A DNA stretch of 63,871 nt, the filler included, from Folioceros fuciformis (taxonomy: Eukaryota), in the NCBI GenBank assembly GCA_049999805.1. It is 4 parts of 3 records of this genome, joined end to end, with 100 filler letters (N's around TTAATTAATTAA, not from the genome) between each part and the next. Parts side by side here need not be neighbours in the genome. Positions count along the whole stretch, not along the records: positions 1 to 21,331 come from JBNGIO010006283.1; positions 21,432 to 46,234 come from JBNGIO010006283.1; 2 more parts are not named here. One strand, given 5' to 3'. Numbering within the stretch: the first letter of the stretch is position 1; each line of letters starts with the position of its first letter. Shown here piece after piece: positions 13,696 through 25,949 of the stretch. Position numbers and translations under genes: made by a program. Under the pieces are notes generated by a model, which did not search any database, was not told the DNA's origin, and was given only the letters and a program-made list of their open reading frames with translations.

Positions 13696-16600
13696 TCAAC
13701 GGACTGGTCCTGGATTCGTTGTGTTTGGAACAATTCCTTTCAGCTTCATGTAGTCCAGCATTTGGGAAGGAAGTTCTGCTAGCAGAAAGTTGGCGACATT
13801 GGCGCCACCTGCGGGCAAGGATGTGACATTTGGTGGATCAGGTTCCGTAAGACTGGTGAAAGAAAACTGTCGTTGTCGTTGTTGAGGGGGGAACTCACGT
13901 GCAACAGCCCGCATCGGGACAAACTGGACTATGTCACGGGCGGCGAGTTGGCCGGACGGAGCAGCTAGCTTCTTCTTGTCTGCATCCAGAATCTGCAACG
14001 CGGATCATCAGCGACTTAGAAGTTCTGCTAGAAAGCACCTGGCGGCAGAGTGAACATCGCTAAAGCAGAGCATCACCTCCATGTCTGAGAAGTTAGCGTC
14101 CCCGACACCAACGATCATCACAGAAAGCGGGAGACTCGAGGCAGAAACTATGGACGAGATAGTCTGATCCATATCCGTGATCACACCGTCCTGCGCAAGA
14201 GAAAGATGAGAAAAACAGTCTGCAACTTTTCAGATCGATGCACCTTGGAATGCCAGGTAGGAAAGTCACCCACTGTTATGATCAGGAGTACAAAATATTT
14301 CTGACGTAGCTGTGTCGCATGCTGGTTTGCTATAGCTGCTGCCATGTCGATTGATGGAGCAAAAAGTGTGGGACCGGCCAGACGGACATGACGGAGAGCC
14401 TGTTCATAAGCTCGAAGAATACCGTCAACTCCGACAACCTGTTACACAGAGCAAACGGTGACTTTGAGAAAAATTTGCGGACTTGATCGCAGCATCCATC
14501 TTCAAGAAGAGAAAACACATCTAGGTTCAGCGTAAACCTCTGCGTCATACTCGCTGCCGTTGAGAGCAAAGCAATGGGAAACAACATCTCCGTCAATGGG
14601 CCTACCACCAAAGCCCCACGCGGGGAAGCGCTTATCAGAGTCGTAGTGTTCTAGAACTTGGCCAACAGCCCTTATTGCCTGGACAGTAGAGAAATGAAGA
14701 ACCACGAATTAGGAGACCTTTCCGTTCCAGTAGGGCATTTCAACACAAAACTCACCAGCACACACTTACAGACTGGTATGCATTGGGCCGTCCCGTGGGA
14801 TCGCAGTAGTGCAGGGAATCGACGTTGTAGGGATTACCATTGGAAGCTGCACACAAGAGACTCCATGTGAGTCTGAGCCTGTGCACGACTGAACAGGGTG
14901 ACAACACGAGATGGTTTGCAGACGCCCCGATTACCAGTAAAATCGATAGAAACCATGAAGCTAATCTCGCATCCCCCAAATAAGTAGTCGAGGAATGTGT
15001 GGTACGGGGATATGGTAAGCTCGACGATGTGAAGTCTTCCAGTTTGCTGCCCCCATGAAAGACAGCACGTCAACGTCAAGAAATGTGACCTCTTCATCGG
15101 AAACAGTATAACGCAGATGGCTTCATCTTGAAGAGTCATTTGGACCTTTTTCACGGTCTTCTTGAGGTCATAGCGGTCTTGATACAAATCCCAGTCTCCT
15201 TGTGTTTGTAAAGCACCGATAGATGCGTCTGTGTAACTGCGAAGCAAGTTCAAAGGAGGGTCCAAAATGCACAACATGTGAAACATATTCCACCAAAGTC
15301 CTCACCTCCTTCCTTGTTCCCTTGAAAAGCAATAAGATCCTAGCACAGCTAGATGAAGGGAGTGACTTGCGAGATGAAAGGCTAGGAGCTCACCCAATGA
15401 GGACGTGGTGGCCATTCGAATTGAAATCAAAGCACTCGATTTTGATGGGCCGATCCTGCAAGCCGCTCAGCGGCAGGAATTACTCATCACCCGATTGCCC
15501 AAAAATGACACCATTCCGACATTACATGCAGGAAAAACTGCCAGCTGCCAGAGGAAGTCGTGGTGGCAGAAGATCCGACGGGCGGGCATAGCGTGAAGAC
15601 CAACCAAATCCCCGGTGCAGAGTTGTTGTAGTGTGATCTTGATTGGGTTCCATTCAGGATTCAGGTTGTTCCTCTTCACTTCAGTCTTGTACACGGGTAA
15701 AATTCCGCTGTTGGAAATTCTCGAGAGTCGCAAAAATGGATCCTGTTTACAAGGGGCGCCCGATTAAGTGGCACCACCCATTGCACACATTTCCCTACAG
15801 CAAATCTGTCACAAAACGGGACCTGTCTGCGGACAGTGATGGGGCCTTACACTTTTTGAGAATTGCTCCATGTTTGTCAGTTTTGAACAGCGGGCCCGAA
15901 TCGAGACGAGAGATTTTGCGCCTTGCATCTCCTCGGCTTTGATGGTAAGATCACCCAGGCAATGTGAAGCCCTAGTACTGCCTTGTTTATCCTGCAAAGG
16001 TTTGGTGATACTGCGCCTCGGAGCTCTGAAGATCTGGACGTAGCCCACACAAACTGCTGAGTGGCTCACTGACATATGGTAACTTCCCACTTCAAACCTG
16101 TAATCACCAGGTTTCTGCCAGCCATTCGGCGGGTCATTGTCTGGACACAACGCATACCTCGGCGAGGAAAACATCAATCTGACCAAGAAACTGCTGCTCC
16201 TCCAGTTTCAGGCTCTGCTGCCATGGCAAGCGACAAACATGAGACAGGACCCCAACTGCTGGCCATGCACGATCTGGGCAGTTTGGGAGGCATTAGCGAG
16301 GCCAACCAAAACCCAACCTAAAGCTTCGCTGCCAATGCCCGACGGCAAAGCCATACAACAATCACTTTCTGCTACAGTCTTAAGCCACTGCAAGCACCTT
16401 TGTCGACATCCCTTTCAGCTTTGTGTCCACGTCATACACGATAAACCTAGATGATGGTTTCACAGTCAGCAGAATACCAAAGCAAGGTGGGCAAGCTCCC
16501 CACGAGCATCACAAAGCAGGCTTAACCAGCCCACCTCAATCCTTGTACTTCTTCGAACTTGTACACAATGGACAGCTGCGTCACCCAGACTGGGTTCAAG

Positions 16601-17054
16601 GAATTGAGAACAAGTTCAGTGCGCCCAAATTCCGTACGGCCCCCATTTGCGTTCTTGACATAGCCCACCACAATGGGATCGCTCTGCACTTGCCACAACA
16701 GCTCCAGTCAACCAAGGACCGGAAACGCAGACTTAGCTTGTACACCTGTAGGAAGAAAAATACTTTTGACAGAGCGTCTCTGTCGCGCAATTTGGATGCT
16801 GACAAGGAGAGCTGCACAACAAAGCAGCACGGAGGCTCAAGAGTAGTGCCGGAACTGCAGACGTAATTTCACACAAGTGCTGAGGAGGAGCTGGGCGGTG
16901 GCGGAGTTACTGAGGCAGGCACCTCCACTTCCGTGGACAAGCCTCGGGTGCCATCCAGCGCCCTGACAGCCTCCAACGCCTCATTCTGTCGGTTGGGACT
17001 GGAGGCTCCAGCTGCCTCCTTGGCCGCAGCAACATTTGACACGCACTGTCCCAT
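13696..17054 (-). CDS. Copine (BONZAI-like): two C2 domains plus VWA, multi-exon
   Basis: N-terminal MGQC (myristoylation-type). Peptides LSLSASKLRDRDALSK, YKTEVKRNNLNPEW, ISFMVSIDFT, YDSDKRFPAWGFG and RDIVQFVPMR; C-terminal LLAELPSQMLDYMK. Confidence 0.93.
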
Positions 17055-18067
17055 GGAGCACCAAAAGCTTCAGCTCTGCAGCTCTTCGTCGGAGGCGGAT
17101 TCAACCATGCTGCTCACGGCCCCCTAAAACCCACACCGGAAAACCGAACAGTCCCCGAGGACTGAGACTGAGCTCATCCGAACGTATGTACATAGCTTGG
17201 AGCAGCTAACTGGCCAATACCCAAAAATCTCGTCCGTGAAGTCTCTGTTTGCCGGGAAGGGGAGTTGTCCACTATCTTGTCGGGTCACTGTCACTGTCAG
17301 TAGGAAGACGTTAGGAAGGACTCGGTAACAGCTTGCAGCTCATTTCACGCTTGCGCTGATGTTCTCCTCATGACAGCCCAACCACCGAAGGCAATGACAA
17401 GGTTGCAATAGCAGGAGTTATGGGGTAGTACAGTTTAGCCGCTAGCTGGTGAGCTCAGCAACGAGCATCAAGGGAAAAGAAAGAGAAAGCAGTACAAGGT
17501 CAGAGAAAGTGTGAAGAAGCATGCCCCGGAATGCTCAACCCCGTCATCATTCGAACTAGAAGGATAGCTTGGGGCATGCGTAGGTTTCACGTGAAGTGAG
17601 TGGAAGTCGACTGTGGGCCATAGCACTCGCGCTCGGTGCTGTGGAACAACGCCACATGTTGAGCGCACAACCCACTAGTGACCACATGGAATGGGACGGG
17701 AGCGTCCTATGCTTTGCTTCGAGGACAAGCGATTTATTGCAGTACAGAGGACGGACAATTCGGCAGCAGATGTCTGTGCCAACGGGGGGGAGAGTTACCC
17801 ACTTGCCCAAGCATGATGTGATCACCGATGAGCTTGAGAGATGTTTCCCTTGTAACTACTGTCAGCTCGGTAGCAGGAGGAAGCTGGAAATGAGTACCGA
17901 TCCAACTGCCGCGCCTACACAGTGCGTGTTGCATTGGAGCATGGACATGCTGCTGCTGTAGACCGTGTTGTTGGAGGCCTGGATGCTGCAAGATAGATGG
18001 ATAGATATTCATAGCCCAGTGTTCTGGATCAGCTTTCCCCGTAAGCTCTCCAGGAGAGACGCCAAAC

Positions 18068-18215
18068 ATGAAAGCCCTAACAATTGCCATGGAAGCCCCA
18101 ACAAATGCCATCGAAGCCCCAAAAAATGCCATGGAAGCCCCAACAAATGCCACGGAAGCCCCAACAAATGCCACGGAAGCCCCAACAAATACCATGGAAA
18201 CCCCAACCAATGCGC
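18068..18215. repeat. 21-bp tandem repeat, ~7 copies (ATGGAAGCCCCAACAAATGCC)
   Basis: Directly visible; gives EAPTNA[MT] repeats in one frame. Confidence 0.9.
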
Positions 18216-18305
18216 CTGCCTCAACAGAAGATGCAATGCCTCAACAGAATGATGATGATGGCGGGAACACAGAAGGAGAGTTGAGGGGGGGGGGGTTGTT
18301 TGTGG

Positions 18306-19127
18306 TTACCTGTCCTTGTATGGGCAGCCTGGTGTACCTGAAGGATAGGATCCAGTTGGAAGCCTTTTATGTGAGTCACAATGGCAGCATAGCACAGGAC
18401 CAAGGAGCGGACGGGACCGGAAGAAGGAAGAAGACGTACTTGGATCCTCCGTGGTAAGCGTAGCAGCCCCATTGAAGTCACAGGTGGATGAAGCGAAGCC
18501 ATGGGATTGGTAATACGCATTGAAGGCATAGGACGCATGGTTGAACAATGTGTTGGGAATGAAGCAGGTCCCATTGGGCCGGATAGGCTTGCAGTCAATG
18601 CCTCCTTTCCCACAGGCCCAGTCAAGGCCGCTCTGAATCGAATTGGGGTTGGCATACTGCTTGGCCACACACCAGAGAGGCTTCCTGACCACCGGATCGG
18701 AGTTGAAAATCTCCCTGAGTACTCCAATCTTCCGGCTCATCCTTCCACGCCGCTGCAGCCTTGCGGAGGAGCCAAAGAGCGCGCTTCTGCTGCCGTGACG
18801 TTCACCTCCAGCTCTATGCTGTGGCCAAAAACCAATGGTTCGGTCAGGCCGAGCTGTTGCTCCTGCCAGTGTCCAAATCCGTTACAAACGAAATACGCAC
18901 TCCCACGACGACCAGAGCATGACACTCAGAACAGCAGCAAAGCAAGCCGAACCACCGTACCCAGTACCTGCAGCGGAGTCCAAGATGCATACAAGCAGAA
19001 GCAGGCAGACAGCTCGCCAATGCCGCCCCGTCTCATCCCGATGCCTCGAGCACTGTCTCCCCGCAGACTCCACGGGTCTGAGCCAGCAGCAGCCGCAGCA
19101 GCAGTGTGACCTACAACCCTGCTCCAT
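18306..19127 (-). CDS. X8 (CBM43) beta-1,3-glucan-binding domain protein, probably 3 exons
   Basis: WCVAK...LDWACG.GGIDCKPI...GTCF.PNTL.NHASYAFNAYYQ......CDFNGAA. The upstream exon has a hydrophobic signal-like stretch VCLLLLVCILDSAA. Ends GCPYKDR* with no GPI-like tail. Start uncertain. Confidence 0.85.
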
Positions 19128-19780
19128 GTGCTGGGCCCCCTGGAAATGCCCGTCTACTGCTTGCATTGCGGCGCTGCAGCCCAGGCCCTTCATTCCCCCC
19201 TCCTGCAGCCAAAGCAAGCAACTTCCAGCCCACATTCACTCCTGCCATCATCTGACTTCACCACGAGAGACAGCGAAGCCAGCAGGAGAGCCAAGTCGGT
19301 ACTGCCACCCTGTGCTACAGACCTGCAAACCGAGCAGCCTGTCGCTGCCTGGAGAGCCCCGCTTCTCATCTCTCAAATCCGCTCAACTCTGAACGACGCT
19401 GGTGGTGGCGGGCGAGATCCTGGTCCGAACGCTTACCAGTGTGGTGTAGCTGATGAGAAAGCCGAGGCAGCCGAGTGGAAGCCGAAATCCGAGATTGCAG
19501 GATGCCTGGCGGGATCAGGAAATGGTGAAGGACGTGTGGCCTGGTGGCAGCAGGCGGGTGTCCAGGCCGGAGCCCCGACGTCTGGAGGACAGGTCGTGCA
19601 GAGGGACAGAGGAGTGTGTGTCCCGCTGCCCGCCTCCCATTTGTCCCTGTTGTTTAATGCCCAGTCGTGAGTATTGAGTCGTGAGTCGTGAGTCGTGAGC
19701 CGGGAGTGGAGGAGTATCGCGAAGGGGACGAGGAAGGAATGCTCTGGAGATGCCTTGGCCCCTTTCACTTTGCGTAACCT

Positions 19781-19905
19781 GCCCCAGTCCCAGCCCAGCC
19801 CATGTCCCAGCCCCAGTCCGTGCCCAGTCCATGTCCCAGCCCAGTCCATGTCCCAGCCCAGTCCATGTCCCAGCCCCAGTCCCAGCCCAGCCCATGTTCC
19901 AGCCC
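19781..19905. repeat. Hexamer-based compound repeat (CCCAGT/CCCAGC/CCATGT)
   Basis: Directly visible; strongly C-skewed on the + strand. Confidence 0.85.
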
Positions 19906-21331
19906 CGCCCCCCCCCCGCCCCGGCATGGGAAAGCAACAGGATGCCAACTGGAGCAGCAGGAGTGTCCAGCATCCAAAGGGGCCATGACCGACAGTTGCT
20001 GTCAGTCGACTATCAGGGGAGCTGTGAGGCACAACTTTTTGTCTAGAGCTTTTTCCACCCTTCCAACGTCCATCCAGCATTCACAACGGTCCTGGCTGGC
20101 CCCAATCGGGGACCCGAATACTGTAGTGTGCTGTACATCCAAGCCCACCAAGGTCCCTGTATTGCCCATTCCCTGCTGGACCATTTGCCTTCACTGGGCC
20201 CAGACGGCCGTGCACACAAACTGCAACAGCCAGACAAATCTTCTTTTTCTCTCTTCCTTTTTTTTTTCATTTCTCCTCACATGCTCGCCATATCCATGTC
20301 TTCCTCAACACTCCATTCCTCCTGTTCCCTCAGCCACTTTGTGCTCTCGTCCCATGCGGACTGCACACCACCCGTACTGCACAACACGACAACCCTGCCA
20401 ATCATTTTTAACCATTCTCTGCATCAAACATATGCACTTGCGTGTTAAAGCATTTCAAAGTGCTTCCACTCCCAAGCTTTGTCCCTTTGCCAGCAAGTCA
20501 CGTTATTTTGTGCAAGCCCTCTAATCTAATCCTCAAGCCAGCAACGGGATCCACCCAACCCTAAACCCAACCACAAGTCACTTTTAGTACCCACAAACCT
20601 CACACTAAGAAAGTAAAAACAATATTGCAAAACCAAGTCACCTTGTCTTACACATGGCGAACCACGTACCACGCATCTTATCCTCCAACCTCCAACCCAT
20701 GTTTCTCAAGAATACGATGAACTTGTTCACATGACGTTGGGATTAATATTCCAACTGACCTATGCTCTTGCATGGTTTTTTTCTCATTACTCAGATTTAA
20801 ATATTTTTTATTATCCATATTTTATAAATAGTATATTAAATAAGTATATATTCATAATATATATATAATTGAATAAAATATTTAAGATAACTTTGTATGG
20901 AATTTAACAGATAACCTAATTCTAGAATAACTTTTTTTTGTTATAAATATGCAGCACTTTAAGTCTATGTATTACTAATGTGGATATTATCATCTGCAAT
21001 GATTATATATTATTTTTATCGCACGTAACTTTAAGACATGAAACATAATTTACCGGCTTCACAAATCCAAATAATATTAAGTGTGATTATGTGTAATATT
21101 TTTGCAGCAGCAATGCCCAATTTGAAGTCTGTAATCACACTATGTGGACCCCCATTTCTTCCCCTTGATCTAAGACAGTTATCACTGGAAGCAGGACTTA
21201 TCGAAGCCATCAGTAGAGGTGCAGAAAATTTTCCAGGTGCTCCAAGTGATTTTCCTAATTTCCATCAATATTCAGTGAATGGACGGGTTATCATGTGGAC
21301 TACCATCAATTGTATATACAGAGATCTAACC

Positions 21332-21431
21332 NNNNNNNNNNNNNNNNNNNNNNNNNNNNNNNNNNNNNNNNNNNNTTAATTAATTAANNNNNNNNNNNNN
21401 NNNNNNNNNNNNNNNNNNNNNNNNNNNNNNN
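21332..21431. other. Assembly linker N44-TTAATTAATTAA-N44
   Basis: Identical 100-nt construct at three sites; the 12-mer has stops in all six frames. Confidence 0.97.
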
Positions 21432-22294
21432 CTACCACCCGTGCTGCCACCCTGAGTCACATTCACAAGAACATGGTTAATATGAACTTCGCTAGCTTTG
21501 CTGTTTGAGGCATGGACGCTCTCGGCTGAATTGTGTTTCCTCAATGTAACAGCGGGTGGCTGTGGTGTAACTTCCCCTATTGTGATCGCTGGTCGCCGAT
21601 GGCTATCTCTTTCCACGAATGGGCCAGAGGCAGCGCGGGCTGAAGCTTTCGCACCCTGTCATGGTTTCTTCAACCTTGGTGCCTCCAATGCTTGCATGTC
21701 AATGGCCGCAATCCGTTGCTTGTTGCTTCGGCGGCCAGCTGCCATCTTCGATTGCGCTGAAGAGCCTGTGAACGATGGAACTCGAAAACACCTGGTCTGA
21801 TCTAGAAGGAGAGAAGGATGTCTTAAGCATTGAACGATGAGATTTGAAGTCAAATGTGAAGTTGAATTTTTGTCTCCTGAAATAGCAAGGGTGTTTGCAC
21901 TACGTCTTCAGCATTTATGCCACAACAACGATTGTAGGCGCCGTTTAAGACCAACAACAGCTATTTGTTATCGTGATCAAACGTTCCTATTGGCGGCTTA
22001 ATTATGCCAATGTAACCGTGTCTTCAATCAAACTCCAAGTGACGTCAGCTTGCATCTTGTAAGGAAGGTCATTTGCGAGCAATCCTCGATACATTGGCAT
22101 GGATTGGCAGGCTTCTTCCTCACACGAGATATTGGCGATGAGACCAGCGGAGTTCAACTCTCAAGGTAGGCGAAGAATTTGGTTCGCGAAGGGCATTCGT
22201 GTGTTCTAGTTGGAAGTCTATATTAGAGTTTCTGTTCGCGTCATGATGCTTTGTAGTCGATAATTCAGAAGGTACCAACATCGACTTCCGAACG

Positions 22295-25268
22295 TTGCTT
22301 GTACGCCTTAGTCTTCTCGACGACATCCACACTTCAATAAGCCCATTGTGCTTACAATCTCCTTTCAGGCCAGTGATTCGGAAAACAACACCTATCAAGC
22401 AGAATGCGGAGGGCACAATCTTGCACACTAACCTTGTTAATCTGGATGTGGAAGTACATGCAAGTGGAAGCTGGGTACCATGAACATCAAGTGGGGAGTG
22501 CTTCCATGCTGAAGGTGAAGGAGCAGATGTGTTGTTCGAAGAAGCTGGCAGGACGATTGGCACAACGGTGCGAAGATCATACAATCTGAAACCATCATTC
22601 GAATCTCTGATTGAAGCTCCTGCAGATCATCGACGTAGTCGAAAGAAAAAAATCTCAACTGTACATGAGGCAAAGTGCTCTGAGATCCGTATTTCTGCAG
22701 ATTACCGTAGGATATGTTGTGCAAAGCAGTGTCTTAGATCCTTAGGTAAACCAGGCTTTTGGGATTTGAGGTACCAATTTTTAAACATGTGCAGGACAGA
22801 GCAAGAAATGCTTTTGCAGACCTTGTTCGATGTCAATCGTGCTACAGATGGATGCTCTACAGCGGAGACTTTTTTTATTGGATCTGCAAAGATACGCTGT
22901 TGTCGGGACGCCTTTAGACGAGTTTTCTGTATCGGTGCGAACAGGTACAAGGCTGTGAAAGAAAGAGCTTTGGATGACATTGTGTGGGTGGGCTCTGACC
23001 ATGCAGAGAAGCGCACCCAAGACCACGCTATGGTCGCATGTGTTTGGATGGATCAATTATTTTTGCTACTAGTAGAACGCATGCTGAAAATACATGAGGA
23101 AATTTTTTTGGAGTATAAGGGGCAAATGCAATGAGCGGAACAGTACAATGTGTGTTACTCTTATTTTTGTCAATTGTGGGCTTCACATTTCCACAAAGTG
23201 TGAATTCCGAAGACCAATAGGTTTTTCCTATGTACAACCTGCGACTACCTGAAAAAGAACATAAGAGCCGAGTCTGATAAGAAGAAACAAGGTATGTAAG
23301 CGCGTTTTAAAGTAGGTTTCTTGTGGGCATTGGAAGTGCGCCGGTTGATCGGCACACTTCCTTCCCTCCTTACGTTATAAGTGCGCCAGTTGACCGGCGC
23401 ACTTTATCATCTGGGTAGATGGTGGGTGTGTGCCGGTAGACCGGCGCACTCCCTCTGCTTCGCATCACGAAGTTTGCTGGTCTGACTGCGCATTGGTGGG
23501 TGTGCGTCGGTCTACTGGCGCACGCCCACCAGTACGCCATCTTTTTTCTTATTCTGATTTGAAGTTTCATGCTTTTTTTTATAGAGGGCTTCGAATCTGA
23601 CTTGAAGCTACATTGATATAGATTGAAAGCAGAGTGTGAGAAGAGTATCAAACATCAGGTCAAATGTTATGGCGACCCCGGGAAGTACATTGGGATATCA
23701 GTGGATGGAATGGATCAACAAAAGACTCAGCTGCCCCATTTCGTTCGAGTACCAAAAGATTTGGCGGATGTTGGCCTCTTTGATGTACATGTGGTAGGGT
23801 GTATGGTATACAACAAGACTATGAGACCGAAGCTCTTCATCAAGTTCGACAACATTCGGAACGATGCACACCTAACAATATCATTGATTCAGCGCGTGAT
23901 ACACGAGTACGAAGGCTTGCTACCTGGAGTTCTATACTTGCAGCTAGACAACACTACATGCGAGAACAAAAACGCGTTGCTTTTTTCTTATTTGAATATG
24001 TTAGTGGAAATGTGGGTTTTAGTGAAGATAAAAGTAGGGTTCTTATTAGTGGGCCATACACATGACCAGGTAGATCAGATGTTTTCCAGGTTTTCAACGG
24101 CACTCGGTCGGAAGGAAGCTTTGACTTTACCAAACTTATTGTAGTTATGTAGAGCGCGTATACCCCCATGCCAGACGTTCATGAGGTGAAAGAGGTGCCG
24201 AACTTCAGAAAGTTTGTGTGGCCTATACCGTATGGGAAAGCAGGATATCAGAGTGTTGCAGCAGTTCATCAACTGCTTAATATATCTTTTCAACACCAGT
24301 TCAAGATCATAAAAGAGAGTCGCGGAGATCGTGGATCTGTTACAGTTATGAGAGGGAAACAATATTCAACCGATCAATACTGGTCGCCTGATGACGGTAT
24401 AGAATTTCTCAAAGTAGTTCCAGATGGGGTTATGAAAGCCGCTCCACTAATGCATCTGCAGGTGAGGAGTAGGAAACAGAAGACTATTACTGACGATGTG
24501 CCAGGATATAATCTGTCGTAGATTCGATTAAGATTGGAATGCAAATTACAGTAGCACTTAGGTGTGGGCGAGGACATCTGGTGGGATTCATTTTGTGCAA
24601 AGCAAGAGGCCATCGTTCAAATAATAAATTTGAGTGTGGAGCAAGATCTTTTGTGGCCATGGCGATGGTATAATCGCGATGAGGCAGAGTTGTTGAATAC
24701 ACCGTCACTCGTACCAGATGCTGTGGTTTTGGAAAACCCACGGATACGAGAAGTTCCTAAAAGAGATATGTATGTGGGTACGTATAGAAGAGACGCACAC
24801 GTTCGCAACGATGTTGACAACTTTAGTGGAGATGTATCAGAGATAGAAGCGGGGCACATGATTGTTGTCCCATGCAAGACAGACGAAGACAATAGGCCTT
24901 TTTGGACTGCCAAAGTGTTGGACACACAGAAGGAAAATGACACTCAGAGTATCATAGTCCATTGGTGGGTCACGAAATGTTCAAATGCATTTGAAGAACG
25001 ATATCAAGAGAAGATGATATTGCCAAATAAAGAACCTCCCATGGGTTCTAGACGAGGACGTAAGCGATGGCCAAGCAGAAGACTTCGGAAGCATATTGAC
25101 ACATTTTCTATCGCAAACACTATTATTTTAGCGTATGGATTTGAGTTGACTCGTCAAAAACAGCTGCACGCTCGCACTCGAAACCTTATTAGAAAGAACT
25201 TGTATGTGCTTAAGTGGGATCATGAAAATCGTCCAGATGAAATCGACGATCAACGTGCAGAAACTTAG
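22295..25268 (+). mobile_element. Decayed Sola-like (DUF7869-type) DNA transposase gene, copy 1, with an intron at 23292-23584
   Basis: Motifs CCAKQCL, CRDAFRRVFCIG, CTTCDYLK, ISVDGMDQQKTQLP, LYLQLDNTTCENKN and KVGFLLVGHTHDQVDQMFS. The reading frame is continuous across several stops and one frameshift near 24155. TIRs not identified. Confidence 0.75.
23334..23530. repeat. Array of ~5 imperfect palindromes (AGTGCGCCGGT-nn-ACCGGCGCACT) inside the transposase intron
   Basis: Copies at about 23334, 23379, 23426, 23471 (degenerate) and 23500; related motifs at ~25430-25480. Confidence 0.8.
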
Positions 25269-25949
25269 ACTATATTGGTTAAGTACTTTCATGTATACCA
25301 CACTTCATATATATGAACCCTGTTTGCAGAGAGCTGTGGTTGGCTATTCATAAGTGCATCACTCGGTTTGCCAGTGCCATGAATGCCTCTTCAAGTAGTT
25401 CTCTAGTCAGCCGACGCAGATCTTGCGGGGGTGCGCATATAGAGCGGCGCACTCGGCCTATGTGTACGCCGGCCTATCGGCGAACCATTTTGAATGATTG
25501 TGTTGTACTTTCCCTAGACCCAATCTGGATGTTCACCAGCTACTCAATGCACTCCTTCCGTCTGTGCGTCATATGTATGCGTATATGGTCGATGTGTATA
25601 TGGTCATATCAGCACATGTATGCGTATGTGGTCGATATTGAAAAACCCTTCACATTTTCCAATTTCTAGTAATGCTGATTTCAGAAATTATCGTCTCGTC
25701 TAGATGGTCGATAGTGTCAGACCAACCGTGGAACCGGATGATATCAAGGAATTTTACTACAAACAACCCGCAATTTCGCCTAGTTTCTGGGTAAACATGA
25801 TGAATACGAAGTTTGTCGTGACCGTTGTTCAGTATATTTGGGGGTCTTCCACACCAAATAGCATGAATCATGGATATGTGCCACGAAAAATAACGGAGAA
25901 AATCACCCGTAGCCCGATTTGGCGGAATACAACCGTTAGGCGCACAATG

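Noticed and set aside
2831-19127. Functional gene cluster
   Set aside because: MED16, ceramidase-like, UMPS, copine and X8 have unrelated functions; ordinary compact gene order.
19433-20524. Long Gly/Pro-rich ORFs
   Set aside because: Generated by hexamer repeats; no domain signal.
23334-23530. CRISPR call for the palindrome array
   Set aside because: Repeats are degenerate and lie in a spliceosomal intron of a eukaryotic TE with no cas genes. Kept as an unexplained array instead.
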